A program made the translations under genes and the position numbers. From the NCBI RefSeq assembly GCF_004010195.1, contig NC_057749.1, forward strand, positions 11,655,496 to 11,699,374: DNA of 43,879 bases, given 5' to 3'. Below, one piece after another: positions 1 to 12,990 of the stretch (positions are counted from its first letter, which is position 1; each line of letters begins with the position of its first letter). A model generated the notes under the pieces. That model worked only from the letters and a program-made list of their open reading frames with translations, was not told the DNA's origin and ran no database searches. Origin of the DNA: Chiloscyllium plagiosum. Lineage: Eukaryota.

Positions 1-500
1 TTCTTCAGGTCCTTTCTGGCTATCCTGTATCCCTCCACTGCTCTGTCTGAATCCTGTTTCCTCAACCTTATGTATGCCTCCTTCTTCCTCTTTACCAGAC
101 CTTCAACCTCTCTCGTCAACCAAGGCTCCTTCACACGACCATTTCTTTCCTGCCTGACAGGTACATACATATCAAGGACACGTTGTATCTGTTCCTCGAA
201 AAAGTTCCACATTTCAATGACATCCTTCCCTGACAGCCTATGCTCCCAACGTATGCTCCTCAAATCCTGCCTTACAGCATCGTAATTTCCCTTCCCCCAA
301 TTATAAAATCTACCTTGTTGTGCGCACCTATCTCTCTCCATAACCAAGGTGAAAGTCACAGAATTGTGGTCACCATCACCAAAATGTTCACCCACTAACA
401 AGCCCACCACTTGTCCCGGTTCATTACCGAGTACCAAATCCAATATGGCCTCCCCTCTGGTTGGACAATCTACATACTGCGTTAGAAAAGCTTCCTGGAC
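1..500 (-). mobile_element. CR1-clade LINE fragment (ORF2, end of the APE endonuclease region), 5'-truncated, runs off the window start
   Basis: Minus strand reads LDLVLGNEPGQVVGLLVGEHFGDGDHNSVTF (APE DH motif) and is homologous to the CR1 at ~40850-41260. Abrupt junction to the GC-rich element near 500. Confidence 0.85.
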
Positions 501-1985
501 TCCTCTGGCAACCCAGCAAACCACCCATCCCTCCCACCTTCCGGCCACTCAAAGGCAGCCCACCCCATGCCCCTTCTGGCTCTCAGTTCACCACATGCCC
601 ACCTCTAGGACAGCCTGTCTGGTTTCCCCATACCCCCCCGCCCCTCAGAACCATAGCAATCAGGACGGCCTACTCACCTCGCACCTCCGGCTACCTCTAG
701 GACAACCCGCCCTAGTACCTTCCCAGGCTGACAGGGCTGAGGACAGCCTACCAGCCTCTCGGTCCACCCCTACATACATCTGACTCTCAGCCAGTCTGGT
801 GGACTGCCCTGACACCTTCTGGCCACTTCTAGGATAGTCCGTTCCCCCTCCATGGGGCAGTGGTGCACAGGGAAGCCCATAAGCCTTCTGGATCTTGGCC
901 AGCCCCTACGCACCTTCTGGCTCTCAGCCACTGACACACCTTCCAACTACCTCGAGAACAGCCTGCCTCGATTACCCCTTCTAGGAGCAACAGTGCTCAG
1001 AATGGCCTACCCACCTTCCGGCTCTCGGGGTGACCAGCATCAGGGTGGCCTACCTACCTTCAGGCTCTTGGGACAGCCTACCCACCTTCCAGTTCTCAGA
1101 ATGGCCTACTCACCCTCCAGCTTGCAGGGTGAAAGCTTCTGGGACAACCTTTGAGCCTCTCAGCTCATAGTGAGGCCTGGCAGACCCAGAGACATACAAG
1201 ACAGAGTAAACCCAACAAGCAACAAGACAGAGTCAATTACCAACAGTTCTCTCCAGAATGCAGAGTCCATTGCCAGGAATAGAGACCATTGCCAGAAACA
1301 GAGCACACACCTGAAGACAGAGTCCACTTCTGAAGGCAGCAAATACACACCCCACAGCGCGCGCGCGCACACACACACACGAGTTCAATCATCCATTGAA
1401 GCCTGGTCTATCCCCAGAGAACCAGGTCCATTCATAGGAATACAGTTCATTGTAAAAGGTGCAGTTAACTCACAGAGGATGGTCCACTCCAACAGGTAGC
1501 AAATGCTCACCTCCCAGCACACACAGAGACCTGGTCTACCCACAGAGGCCAGGCCTACTCACATGGGAACAGTTCATTTAGAAAGGTGCAGTATCTCACA
1601 GGGGCTCAGCCCAAACACCAAAAAGTGAAGGCACATGCAAACAAGAAAGAAAACCAGAGTGCATGGGCTAAATCTCCGCCACTTAAATCAGTATGGTCCT
1701 TTTCTCGAATCAAAAATAAAAGAATAACACAGGCTGTAACCAGCCTGTGAAACAACAGTCCCCTAATGAGAACTGAAATACACCTGTAACACATTGGCTG
1801 TGTAGATCAGCCAGTTTAGAAATCAGTCCTCAATTAAAAAAAGAATACCAGTTATCAAACTGGCTGTGTAAAAATCATCAAGTTCAGGAATCAGGTCCCC
1901 AAAAACAGAAACGAACAACAGTACTGACTGTGGCCAGTTTGCACAGTCAGTCCCCTAAACTAAGGAGATTATAATTCTCCTTGTT
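500..1985 (-). repeat. Unclassified non-coding element X, copy 1 (left end cut by CR1)
   Basis: Collinear with 3174-4595 and 14500-16100: degenerate ~28-bp GGACAGCCTACCCACCTTCCGGC repeats, then ~20-bp CAGAGTCCA(C/T)T repeats, ending in CAGTCCCCTAAACTAAGGAGATT..TCTCC. Strand inferred from the TATA-like and poly(A)-like signals. Confidence 0.75.
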
Positions 1986-2052
1986 TCATTATATTAAACA
2001 GTTTAAGTTAAAAAACAACAGTTAAAATGAAGAACAGTTTACAAAAACAGCA

Positions 2053-3173
2053 ATGGGAGACTGGTGAGCAAGATTAGGTCTCATGGAATACAGGGAGAAC
2101 TAGCCATTTGAAGTGGCTCAAAGATAGAAGACAGAGGGTGGTGGTAGAGGGTTGTTTTTCAGACTGAAGGCCTGTGACCAGTGGAGTGCCACAAGGATCG
2201 GTGCTGGGTCCACTACTTTTTATCATTTACATAACTGATTTGGATGTGAGCATAAGAGGGATAGTTAGTATGACTGGATGACACCAAAATTGGAGGTGTA
2301 GTGGACAGTGAAGAAGGTTACCTCAGGATCTTGCTCAGATGGGCCAATGGGCTAAGAAGTGGCAGATGGAGTTTAATTTAGATAAATGTGAGGTGCTGTA
2401 TTTTGGGAAAGCAAGTCTTAGCAGGACTTATACACTTAATGGTAAGATCCTAAGGAGTGTTGCTGAACAAAGAGACCTTGGAGTGCAGGTTCATAATTCC
2501 TTGAAAATGGAGTTGCAGGTAGATAGGATAGTGAAGGCGGAGTTTGGTATGCTTTCCTTTATTGGTCAAGGTATTGAATACAGGAGTTGGGAGGTCATAT
2601 TGCGGCTGTACAGGACATTGGTTAGGCCACTGCTGGAATATTGTGTGCAAATCTGGTCTCCTTCCTATCGGAAAGATATTGTGAAACTTGAAAGTGTTCA
2701 GAAAAGATGTATAAGGATGCCAGGGTTGGAGGATTTGAGCTATAGGGAGAGGTTGAATAGACTAGGGCTGTTTTCCCTGGAGCATCGGAGGCTGAGGGAT
2801 GACCTTACATAGGTTTATAAAATCATGAGGGGCATGGATAGGATAAATAGACAAGGTCTTTTCCCTAGAGCGTGGGAGTCCAGAACTAGTGGGCACAGAT
2901 TTAGGGTGAGAGGGGAAAGATAAGAGACCTAAGGGGCAATTTTTTCGTGCAGAGGGTGGTACATGTATAGAATGGGATTTCAGCGGATGTAGTGGAGGCT
3001 GGTACAATTACAACATTTAGAAAGCATCTGGATGGGTATATGAATAGGAAGGGTTTGGATGGATATGGGCCGGGTGCTGGCAGGTGGAACTAGATTGGGT
3101 TGGGATATCTGGTCAACATGGACGAGTTGGACCGAAGGGTCGGTTTCCGTGCTGTACATCTATGACTCCATGA
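2053..3173 (+). mobile_element. CR1/HER1-type LINE, 5'-truncated (RT C-terminus and 3' UTR)
   Basis: ORF 2339-2812 WQMEFNLDKCEV...LVRPLLEYCVQIWSP; upstream [10 protein letters not shown] motif; 3' tail CTGTACATCTATGACTCCATGA. Frameshifted. Confidence 0.95.
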
Positions 3174-4670
3174 ATATTTGCGGAGGGCGGGGGGCTGACC
3201 CCAAACTTCACCATACAGAAGAAAACAAAGGGGGAGAACGAACCTCAAATCCCACCTTAATATTATCAAGAATGAAACAAATCACAAACAGATAGTCCAA
3301 TAAAACAGTGCATATAACACAGACACCCCCAGCAACCTAGCAAACTACCCAGCCCTCCCACCTTCCGGCGACACAAAGGCAGCTCACTCTATGTGCCTCA
3401 TGTCCCTCCTGGCGACCTCTCAGACAGCCTGTCCTGTCTCCACACACACACCCTGCCCCAAGTACGACAGCGATCAGGATGGCCTACCCACCTTCCGACT
3501 TCTCTAACCGCCCTATCGCACCTTCCGGCCATTCAAGGATGGCTCGCCCCGGTACCTGACCAGGGTGACAGATCTCGGTCTGCTCCTATGTACTACCTGG
3601 CTCTCTCCCACCCTGATGCGCCATCCGGCCTGTTGACTGCCCTGACACACCTTCCGATCACCTCCAGGACAGCCCATCCCCTTCCTTGGGATGACAGTGC
3701 TCAGAGCAGCGCACAGGCCTTCGAATCTCAGCCTGCCCCTACGCATCTTATGGTGCTCAGCCATTCAGGCACCTTCCGACCACCTCTAGGACAGCCTGTC
3801 CCGATTACTCCTTCTCAGGACAACAGCGCTCAAAACAGCCAACAGCCTCCCAGCTCGCAGGCCTGTCAGACCCATGGACACACAAGGCAGTGCAAGTGAT
3901 AAGCCCAACAAACCAGACAGAGTCAATTAGCAACAAACAGAGTCCCTTACCATAAACAGTTCTCTTCAAAATGTAGAGGCCATTCCCAGGAACAGAGTCT
4001 ACTCCAGTATGCAAAGTGCATTGTCAGAAATAGAGTCCACTGCAATCTGCAGAGTCCATTGCCAAAAACAGAGTCCACTCTGGTATGCGCAGTCTACTCC
4101 TGAAGACAGCAAATACACACCCCACAGTACACACAGGTGTTAAGTCTCCATTAGAGAACCAGGCCCACTCTCAGGAACACAGTACATTGTAAAGGCGCAG
4201 TTAACTCACAGGGGTTTGGTCCACTCCCGAACTCCAGGATGCAGCAAATGCTCAGCTCCCAGCACCCACACACAGGTGTTCAGTCTTTACAGATGCCTAG
4301 TCCACCAACAAAGGGCTAGCGCTATCCACAGTAACAACTCATATGGAAAGGTGCACTCTCACAGGGGCTGAACCAAACACTAAAAAATATATGAAAACAT
4401 ATACAAAAAAAAGAAAATCAGAGTGCAAGGGCTAAGCCCTGCCACAAAATCAACATAGTGCTTTTCTCAAAAGTAAAAAAAGAATAACACCCAGGCTGTA
4501 CCCAGTCAGTGAAACAACCGTTCCCTAATGTGGGATGAATTATGCCTGAAACACATTGATTCTGTAAGAAATCAGTCCTCAAAAAAGGAATACCAAAGAG
4601 CACGCGGTGTCTACCAACACCCTTGAGCTGTTCAGGAAGAGGTGGGCACCACAGGGAGTGGAGTGCTTTC

Positions 4671-5333
4671 TGTGAGAAACGAAGCTCACTCACTTCAATA
4701 ATTTCAGTCTGAGACAAGATCTGAAGCAATCAGTATGTTTATTATATGCTTGCAAGCGTGGTGTCTAAAATAGACACACAGAGTTTAGCAAGTATATATC
4801 TTATATAGGATTCATTACTCCAAACCTGGTGCCCATTACTATTGCTTACCTCCTGCCTTATCCGGCCTTGTGCATAACATAGTACAAGTTTTATTTGGCC
4901 ATTTAACCACATCCTGCTGTGGTCCATTGTTAGGTATATCCTACTTCACTGCCATCTATTTCCCCCACTTGTGACATTTCCTCCCATTCCTCAACCATAT
5001 TGAACCTTATGACCTTTTAATTGGGGTTTGTTTTTTGTTTTTGCAGAAGTGGGAAACAGATGCTTATAACTACTGTTTGTACAAGCATATCTGGCTTAAC
5101 CTACATCCTCACAGCACCTTATCTATTTGTCTGTAACATCTACCATTGTTTGTAGGCACGTTTCATTCTTGTATGCACATTTTAGCTAATACAAAAACAA
5201 TTATATATTTCCTTCACATAGTTTTCATTCTTGTTGACTCAGCTCTTGGTTGAAACAATTATACACTAGTGTGAGTTCATTTACCTTGCATAAGTAATTA
5301 TGATTGCAGAAATAACACTACCTATATCGCACA
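4671..5333 (-). repeat. ERV 3' LTR
   Basis: Direct repeat of 12991-13651. On the minus strand, CCTATATAAG (TATA) near 4800-4809 and AATAAA at 4738-4743. Confidence 0.97.
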
Positions 5334-5351
5334 ATTTCCCCCTTTTTCTTT
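5334..5351 (-). promoter_or_regulatory. ERV polypurine tract
   Basis: Minus strand AAAGAAAAAGGGGGAAAT directly before the 3' LTR. Confidence 0.92.
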
Positions 5352-5383
5352 AATTATAATATGTTATCTTTTGCATTTTTCTT

Positions 5384-7250
5384 TTAAGCATCGCCCCCAA
5401 AATTCACAAGCATCATTCCAGAGATTTCATCCATCTTGGTCTCACTCACCCCCTCATTATTTAATCTATAAAGTTCCTCTGCCTGATTCCCTTTTAGGGG
5501 CATCTGTTTCATCAAGGCTGTCTCAATCAGTCTTTGGGTGAGCCCTTGTATACAGGGTATGATACAACAGTCAATGGCTACCAATACCCCGACTACTACT
5601 ATCAGGGAAGTAAGGATGGAAACCACCACCCCCTTCCATTTTCCAAAACAGGATTCAAGCCATCCCGTGAGAGATGTATCTACTCCTGAATTCTCAGCCA
5701 GTTCCTCTGCTAAGGTAGTCAATCCCCTTAAGGCCCATCAGGCGCAGTGTTATTAGGAATGAAGGTACAACAGCTTCCTCCTAAACATCTCTCTCACTCA
5801 CACACACCCCTTTTTCCATTAAAATCATATCAAGGGCCATTCTGTTTTCCCATGCCATCCTACTTGTGGCATCAAGCTGTTCTGATATTCCTTTAACCGC
5901 ATCTCTTGTATAATTTATAAACCGCTGTTGATTATAGAAAATATAATTTATCCAATCTACATTTTTATTAATTGTTACCCACCAAAAGAGAGCTGATTCA
6001 AAGCCTGCTGCAATCTGATTACGAACCTTGAACTCATCAGGCACTCCCCTAGGGACTCCTACAGAATCGAGATAAATCCTGTCATCGAACAAAGTGTCTA
6101 ACAGTGATCTCTTACTCCTTCTATTTTTCCCTACTATCTTTTCCTTCTCAAATGCCAGGGTAAATGGAATTGCCAATTGTACAATTGGACATACCCCTCT
6201 CCAATCCAGAGGTAGGGTGGGTCTCAATATTTTGCCTCCACAGTACTACCATAGATCCGCTCGGGGAACCTTCAGTGCTGAGTAGTTCCCTCCCTTGTCC
6301 GTTTCGGTGACATTCTTAATCTCTGTACATAATTTCAGCTCCCCCAAATCTCTGGACCGATTTGTACCTCGTTTACGCACACACGACGTGTGATTTCCGA
6401 TTGCGGCTGAAAACGTAGTGGGGGGCATTTGACTCTTTCTTCTCCAAGGGAGGGAACATCAGAGATAGGGAGGTACAGTTCCTATCATTCCATGCAGTCT
6501 TATCCTGATACAGGGCTACCATACATTTCATACCCTTTCTGTCTCGCTTCCACCCGAGCGGAAAGGGAACCACCTGGGCCACTGGCCTACCGGAGGCACA
6601 TGCATAGCAATTGCTTATTCAGACTTTTTACAGTATACTTTACCCATTCAACCCAGACATTTGCAGCCCCGTACCCAGTTTCTATTTCAATGGTCTGTTT
6701 TAAGTCCTTTACATCTATAATTTTTACTATTTTAAGGTCATTGGGAGGGGTGAAAGGTTGTACCTTATTATCCAGTAGTTCTGCCCGTTTTCCCTGTCCT
6801 ACGCTAATTCGAAAACAACAGCCCGACAAATCATTCCTGTTTGTTTTCATTTCTATCCCAAATGTTTCATTTAATTGTACCTGATCGATGCTCCCCAGAA
6901 TTGCTTCGTGCCATGCGGTTTTCTTTATCGCTAGGTATATTGGGTTACACTTTTTAATCGGGACAATCGAGAGCTGGTCGGAAGGGGGCCCGGAGTACTG
7001 TGACGAGACCATTATACCAAGTACCATCCCCGAGGCCATCCCCATAGGACTTAAGATGTATCTCTGAGCTGCGGTACTGTCTCTGATTATCTACATCCCC
7101 ACAGTTGACTAAGCTGCATGCATCAGCGTCTATTACTTGTGGATTATCAGACTCAGGGACCGTTAATAACACATATGAAAATGATATTTGACAAAATCCC
7201 AATACTAAGAGGGCTAGTATCATAACTCTAAGCATCCCCAGCATCCCCAG
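5384..7250 (-). pseudogene. env: Retroviral env (gamma-type SU/TM), frameshifted
   Basis: Signal peptide MLRVMILALLVLGFC; SU CxxC motif NCYACAS (~6595-6615, shifted frame); furin site RRSKR; immunosuppressive-domain-like ENRMALDMIL followed by GVC...GGSCCTFIPNN; transmembrane helix VVVSILTSLIVVVGVLVAI. Confidence 0.93.
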
Positions 7251-7251
7251 T

Positions 7252-7564
7252 GGGCGGCACGGTGGCACAGTGGTTAGCACTGCTGCCTCACAGCGCCTGA
7301 GACCCGGGTTCAATTCCCGCCTCAGGCGACTGACTGTGTGGAGTTTGCACGTTCTCCCCGTGTCTGCGTGGGTTTCCTCCGGGTGCTCCGGTTTCCTCCC
7401 ACAGTCCAAAGATGTGCAGGTCAGGTGAATTGGCCATGCTAAATTGCCTGTAGTGTTAGGTAGGGGGTAAATGTAGGGGGCACGGGTGGGTTGCGCTTCG
7501 GCAGGTCGGTGTGGACTTATTGGGCCGAAGGGCCTGTTTCCACGCTGTAATGTAATCTAATCTA
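7252..7564 (+). mobile_element. HE1-type tRNA-derived SINE, full length, inserted in the ERV
   Basis: GGGCGGCACGGTGGCACAGTGG (A box), GGTTCAATTCCC (B box), CR1-like tail GGGCCGAAGGGCCTGTTTCCAC, TAATC repeats. Near-identical to 37730-38052. Confidence 0.95.
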
Positions 7565-7673
7565 TCCTTGTATTCTAAAAATCGTGAAGTGCAAAAAGAC
7601 TTAATATACAATCCTACAGAAATAATCCCGCGCTCGCGTCGCCACTGTATAATCAGTTACTCAGTCTCTTTAG

Positions 7674-10600
7674 TCAGAGTTTCAGCGGTTCTTGGGTTGA
7701 TTCGACTGTCCAGACTTCTTCCTCAATTGGAGATTCCACTGGCCCTTTTATCTGAGTGTAGTGAGTCCAGCCTTTCTCCACCGTCCTTATTGCCGTTTTG
7801 GTAGTCAAAAGAGCCTGGTACGGCCCTTCCCAGTCCAGTTGTAATTTAGTCTCTGTCCATGATTTTACTAAGACCCAATCTCCCGGCCCGCTGGGATGAA
7901 CGGTGAATTCAAGAGGCGGAGTCTGTGCCAATAAACCCTGTTTCCTGAGGAAAGACAAAGAGGACAACAAGCCCAGTATATAGTTCTTTAAGAACAAGTC
8001 TTTAGTTTTGGGAATTGGCAATTCTCCATTCGTTCCCAGATAAGGTAATCCAAATAAGATTTCGTAGGGGGATAGTCCCAAGTCTTTCCTTGGGGCTGTT
8101 CGTACAAGAGAGCTATAGGTAAACATTTGGTCCAAGGGAGTCTGGTTTCTATTATCAATTTAGAAAGCTGTCGTTTGAGTGTTTGGTTCATTCTCTCAAC
8201 CCTTCCTGATGATTGCGGGTGCCATGGAGTATGGAAGTCCTAGGAAATTCCCAACCCTTTCATTACCCCCATAACACTTTAGAGGTAAAAGGAGTTCCTT
8301 GGTCGGAATCTATGTGGTTCACTAGCCCATAATCGGGGAATTATGTGCTCTAATATTGTTTTAGACACCCCTCTCGCAGTGGCAGTAGCTAGGGGGTATG
8401 CCTCAACCCAACCAGATAAGTGATCTACTATGACCAGCATATATTTCAGTCTTCCTATCTGGGTAGTTGAGTATAATCTACTTGTATACTCTGGAAGGGT
8501 CTCAATCCCGGGTCTCTTCCTCCCAGGGTATGTTTTCTCAAGGCTTTCTTATTTACCTTCCTGCATATTACACATCCCTCACATATTTGTTTAGCAATTG
8601 TATATATTCCTTTACATCCATATTCCCTAAGAACTAAATCACACATTGCTTGTACCCCCCAATTGCTGCCTTGATGTAAGACAGCCATAATTTCCTCGCA
8701 TCATCATTTTGTTTAACATTTCCCTTCCATCAGGTAACATCCAATGCCCGTTTGCTGTTTTTGCAGCCCCTAAATTTTTCAAATTCTTTTTCCTCTCTTT
8801 CAGTAAATATAGGAGCTTCCCGAGGACCTGGGACAGTAGGTATTAGGGAATGAATCTCCATTTCTTGTGGGTTCAGGGCTGCTTCCTTTAGCCGATGAAG
8901 TGGCTAATCTATTCCCCCTAGTTTCTGGTTCATTTCCTTTCTGATGACCATTTACATGTACTACTGTTATTTCTTGGGGGAGTAATAGGGACTCCAAGAC
9001 CCGTTTAATTAACTCCTCATGCTAATTCCTTCCCCCGGCCATTGATCAGTCCTCTTTCCTGCCATATCTTACCGAAAGTGTGCAAAATACCAAATGCATA
9101 TTTAGAGTCAGTGTATACTGTTCCCTCTTTATTTTCTAACGCCCTAAGGGCTCTTTCCAATACATAGAGTTCACAGGTCTGAGCTGACCACCCATTTGGC
9201 AACCTTCCTGCCTCTACCACACTACCTTTCATCCAGTCTACGACTGCATACCCATTATGTCTTTTCCCTTCAGGCACCCGGGATCATCCGTCTATAAAAA
9301 GTCGAGCTCCTGCATGAAGCGGAACATCTCTTAGGCCCATGCGGACCTTAGTTTGGTATTCTATAATGTCCAGGCAGTCATGCTCTGGATTCTGAGGAGA
9401 TTCTACTTCCCCTTTCCAAAGAAAGGCAGCTGGATTTAAACAGTTGTCCGTGACCAACACTAGATCATCCTTTTCTGTTAATATTGCCTCATTTCAGAAT
9501 CCGCGAGTCTGTCAACCATCGCTGAGCTTTTTGGTTTAGGATCACTCTCACTTGGTGTGGGGTGTTTATTATTAGGGCTTTCCCAAATGTAAGCTTTCTG
9601 CTTTTCTCCACCAACAGTGCAGTGGCAGCCACGGCCTGCACACACTCAGGCCAGCCCCGGGATACTGGATCCAATATCTTAGAAAGATATGCTACTGGCT
9701 GTTTCATTCCTCCCCACCTCTGGGTTAATACTCCCAAAGCCGCTCCCTTATTTACAGTAGCAAAGAGGTGGAAAGGTTTATCTAGAGAAGGTAAGGCGAA
9801 CACGGGGGCATGGATCAGATCTCTTTTGAGTTCCTCAACTAGTTCTTTTTCCTCATCATCCCAACTTAGACACTTTGGTTCCTCCTCTAATAGTTTGAGA
9901 TATAATTTCTTAGTCTTTTGAGTATAAGAATCAATCCACAATCTGCAATATCCCATTAGACCCAAAAATTTACGTAACTCCCGTTTAGTCCTGGGCAGCG
10001 GCATCCCCACTATTCCCTCTCTGCGTTCCGGGCTTAATTTTTCACTTTCCCTCACTAACTAAATGTCCTAAGTATTTCACTTCTCGCTTCACATATTATA
10101 TAGTTTGTTTTTAGATACTTGCAGTCCCTGCTGACCCAGGAAATTCAATAATTTGTTAGTGGCTTCTACTACTCTTTCTCTTCTTTTTCCTGTTACTAAG
10201 AGGTCGTCTACATACTGCAACAGGGTAGTTTCCTTGGGGCTGCTAAATTTCTCCAATATTTGTTCTAGCATCTGTCCAAATAAATTCAGGGATTCCATAA
10301 GCCCATTTGGGGGGGGGGGGTACGGTCCACCGTATTGCGGTTTCCATCCGGTCTTGGGATCTTCCCATTCAAAGGCAAACAAACTCCTACTTTCCTCCGC
10401 CAAGGGACAAGCCCAAAAGGCATCCTTTAAATCTATCACACTAAACCATTTGTGGTTATGAGGGTTCTTACTTAATAACGTGTAGGGGTTTGGCACCACT
10501 GGGTGCCTGATCTGTACTATTCGATTCAATGTTCTCAAATCCTGCACCAATCGATACGTTCCATCGGATTTCCGCACTGGTACAATTGGGGTATTATAAG

Positions 10601-11175
10601 GAGACATACATGGCTCCAACAGTCCATCTCTAATCAGTCCCTCAATTACTAGCTGCAGTCCTCGTTTACCTTCTATGGAAGTGGGATATTGTCGCTCACA
10701 GACAACATCCCCTTTCCTTTTTAAACTTATTTCTAAGGGAGGGTAGTTTTCCACGATTCCCTTCTCTAGCCCATACAATAGAGTCTCTCTCTGTCTCCAC
10801 ATCCTCTGTCAACATTACCATTTGTACAACTAATTCTTTTTCCTGAATTCCAATTTCCAGTCCTAAGAGGATAATTAAATCTCTCCCTAATTAGTTACTT
10901 TCTATATCAGGGATATAGAACAGTTCCCCTGTGACTCCATCCTTAGGACCTTCTATCATCATAGGTTCAAATACTGGAACAGTAAATCCTTCCCCTTTTA
11001 CCCCCAAAACAGTAATTGACCGTGTTGACATTCCTATTTTCTTTGGTTTAAAAAACAGCGATGACCGTGCTGCCCCCGTATCTACTAGGAAGACTACCTC
11101 TTCCCTACAGGGTCCCACCTTCAGGTTTATCAAGGGTTCCTGGTGGATCCCCGGGGGCAGGAACCCCTGACACCC
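7674..11175 (-). pseudogene. pol: Retroviral pro-pol (protease, RT, RNase H, integrase), disrupted
   Basis: Protease FLVDTGA; RT YRLVQDLR, IDLKDAF, LLQYVDDLL; RNase H SAQTCEL, YTDSKYAF, HVNGHQ; integrase H..WG..CEGCVIC, IDSDQG, WEGPYQ. Confidence 0.97.
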
Positions 11176-12676
11176 CTATTCTTCTTCAGAATTCATACCT
11201 GGAATTGCCCTTTCTTCCCTTTGTAGATCAGGATACTCCCGCTTAAAATGCCCTACCTTTCTGCAATAATAGCATCCTGCCTGTGGAGACATCCATCTCT
11301 GCCCCTGTCGCCTGAACCCTCTGTCAAATGCTCCCCCTTGTCCTCTCTCTCCCCGTCCTACATGCTGCCACCCGCCGCTCCATTTGCTCACTATTGGTTC
11401 CATTCTTTTCTTAACTACCTCATCAACCATAGCTACCAACATTTTTGCCTTCTGTTTTTGTCTCTCTTTACAAACACTTTGTGCCTCTTAACAATTCATC
11501 TAATAGTTTTTCACTTCACCCTTCTATAAATTTTCTCTATGTCTGGCCATGCCTTTGTCACAAAATGTACTTTCAAAAGGCTCTGTGCCACTGGGTCCTC
11601 AGAGCCAGAGTCAAATTCTGCGACTTTGGAACTGCCTCTCATTCCTTTTAGAATCAGGTCTTTCAATTCCTCATTTCTTCTCTATGCTCCAGGTTTTGAT
11701 TTTCCCACTGCAGGTCTCTGAGGGGAAACTTAGTCTCTCCCTGTCCAGCATCCCCAATCGGGCTGTTCCCTGTCCCATATTTTAAATGGCTGCTCCTCGT
11801 ATATGTCCCCTTTCTTCCCCAGTAAATAGTATATTCAAAATAGACATTAACATAGTCCATATATACAGACTGGGCCCCCAAAATTGATCAATTTGTTCAG
11901 ACAACCCTACTGGATCCTCAACCAGGACCTTCATCTCTTTAAATGTTCTGACCTCCCCACTGGTAAGGGGGGCACTTACAAATCAAATCTCTTTGTCCCC
12001 TAGCGGTGTCTCCTGAAGGGGATAAGTCTTTACGTTCTTCCTTTTTTTGTTTTTGTTTTTCCCCCTTAGGCTTTGGTTTAGATACTCCGGAGGCCTCCTC
12101 TACGTCTACTTTATCTTCCCTTTCTTTTGTTGAGGATTAAGGGTCAGGAACAAACAACATCCCCGTCCACCGCCCCTTCGTCGTCCTCTTGTGGGTCATC
12201 CGTTCCCTGTCCGTCTGTCTCTCAGTCTCTCCTCCTCCCCCATTTTCACCTAATCTGATTTTATGGTACGAGGGGGGCAAGCAGCCAAGAGGATCCCAGA
12301 GACTGGGTGGGGCAGAGGGGGAATCCCTTGTCTTTACTACCATCATTCCCAAACTGCCCTTCCAACAGGACACATAGTCCGCCTCCTCTTGACTAAAAGG
12401 TTGTTTTTCATTCACATACAAATCTAAATACTGACATACCCAATCCCCGAACCATACTTTGGCCAGAAGACAGCTGGACGAAGGATTGGTTCTTTGGTCC
12501 ATACGAAAGTAACAATATTTAATCACTTTCTTTTTATCTTTTTCCCCTTGTACAAGGGTTACTTGTCCATTCCCACAACATCCTCCCCAAAGGACTTTCA
12601 GGAGGAATATTACCAGGGACTTTTTCTTCCTTTACTTTGTCGCAGTTCGACTTACTTTGCCTCCCCTCCCCCCCAT
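11176..12676 (-). pseudogene. gag: Retroviral gag, disrupted
   Basis: Likely start MGGGEAK at 12676; matrix-like QYLDLYVNEKQPFSQEEADYVSCW; capsid-like PLTSGEVRTFK..EDPVGL; degenerate zinc knuckle CYYCRKVGHFKREY; TAG at 11176-11178. Confidence 0.9.
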
Positions 12677-12754
12677 TTCTCGGGGCCCTTGCCAGTCCCT
12701 CAGCGATTAAATACCCCTTTTCCCAGCCACCAAGGCAATACTTAAAAGTCAGTT

Positions 12755-12764
12755 TTCTTACCTT
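12755..12764 (-). promoter_or_regulatory. Putative ERV major splice donor
   Basis: Minus strand AAG|GTAAGAA in the leader between PBS and gag. Confidence 0.55.
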
Positions 12765-12970
12765 GGTCTGTGCACAGAGTTGCCTGGCCCCTTTTTGCCA
12801 TACTTTCTATCGACCTCCTTTCACTGCCTGATTCAGATGTCTCTCTTGTGGGATTCGTACCAGTTGCCTAAGGGAGCAGACCAAACCAGGACACAAGACC
12901 GCTCCTCAATTGGGAACGGGATGCATTTCCCAGTGTCCAGGGCAGCCACTCCCCCCAGGGATGGAAGAAT

Positions 12971-12988
12971 ATCCCGGACGAGCCCCCA
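12971..12988 (-). promoter_or_regulatory. Primer-binding site, tRNA-Pro
   Basis: Minus strand TGGGGGCTCGTCCGGGAT, the canonical 18-nt Pro PBS as in MLV, 2 nt after the 5' LTR. Confidence 0.97.
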
Positions 12989-12990
12989 GT

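Noticed and set aside
349..1499. Pro/Ser-rich ORFs in element X (also 3393-3899 and 14500-15110)
   Set aside because: Frames are not conserved between copies; they arise from C-rich degenerate repeats.
4742..4927. Small ORF repeated at 13024-13245 as a possible retroviral accessory gene
   Set aside because: Lies inside the LTR, differs in frame and end between the two LTRs, and has no recognisable motif.
5384..7250. Domesticated (syncytin-like) env
   Set aside because: Multiple frameshifts and stops; it is as decayed as gag and pol.
7252..7325. tRNA gene (also at 37730)
   Set aside because: It is the tRNA-derived head of the SINE, continuous with the SINE body.
9562..10461. Plus-strand ORFs overlapping pol as antisense genes
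   Set aside because: Short shadow ORFs of the coding strand with no independent signal.
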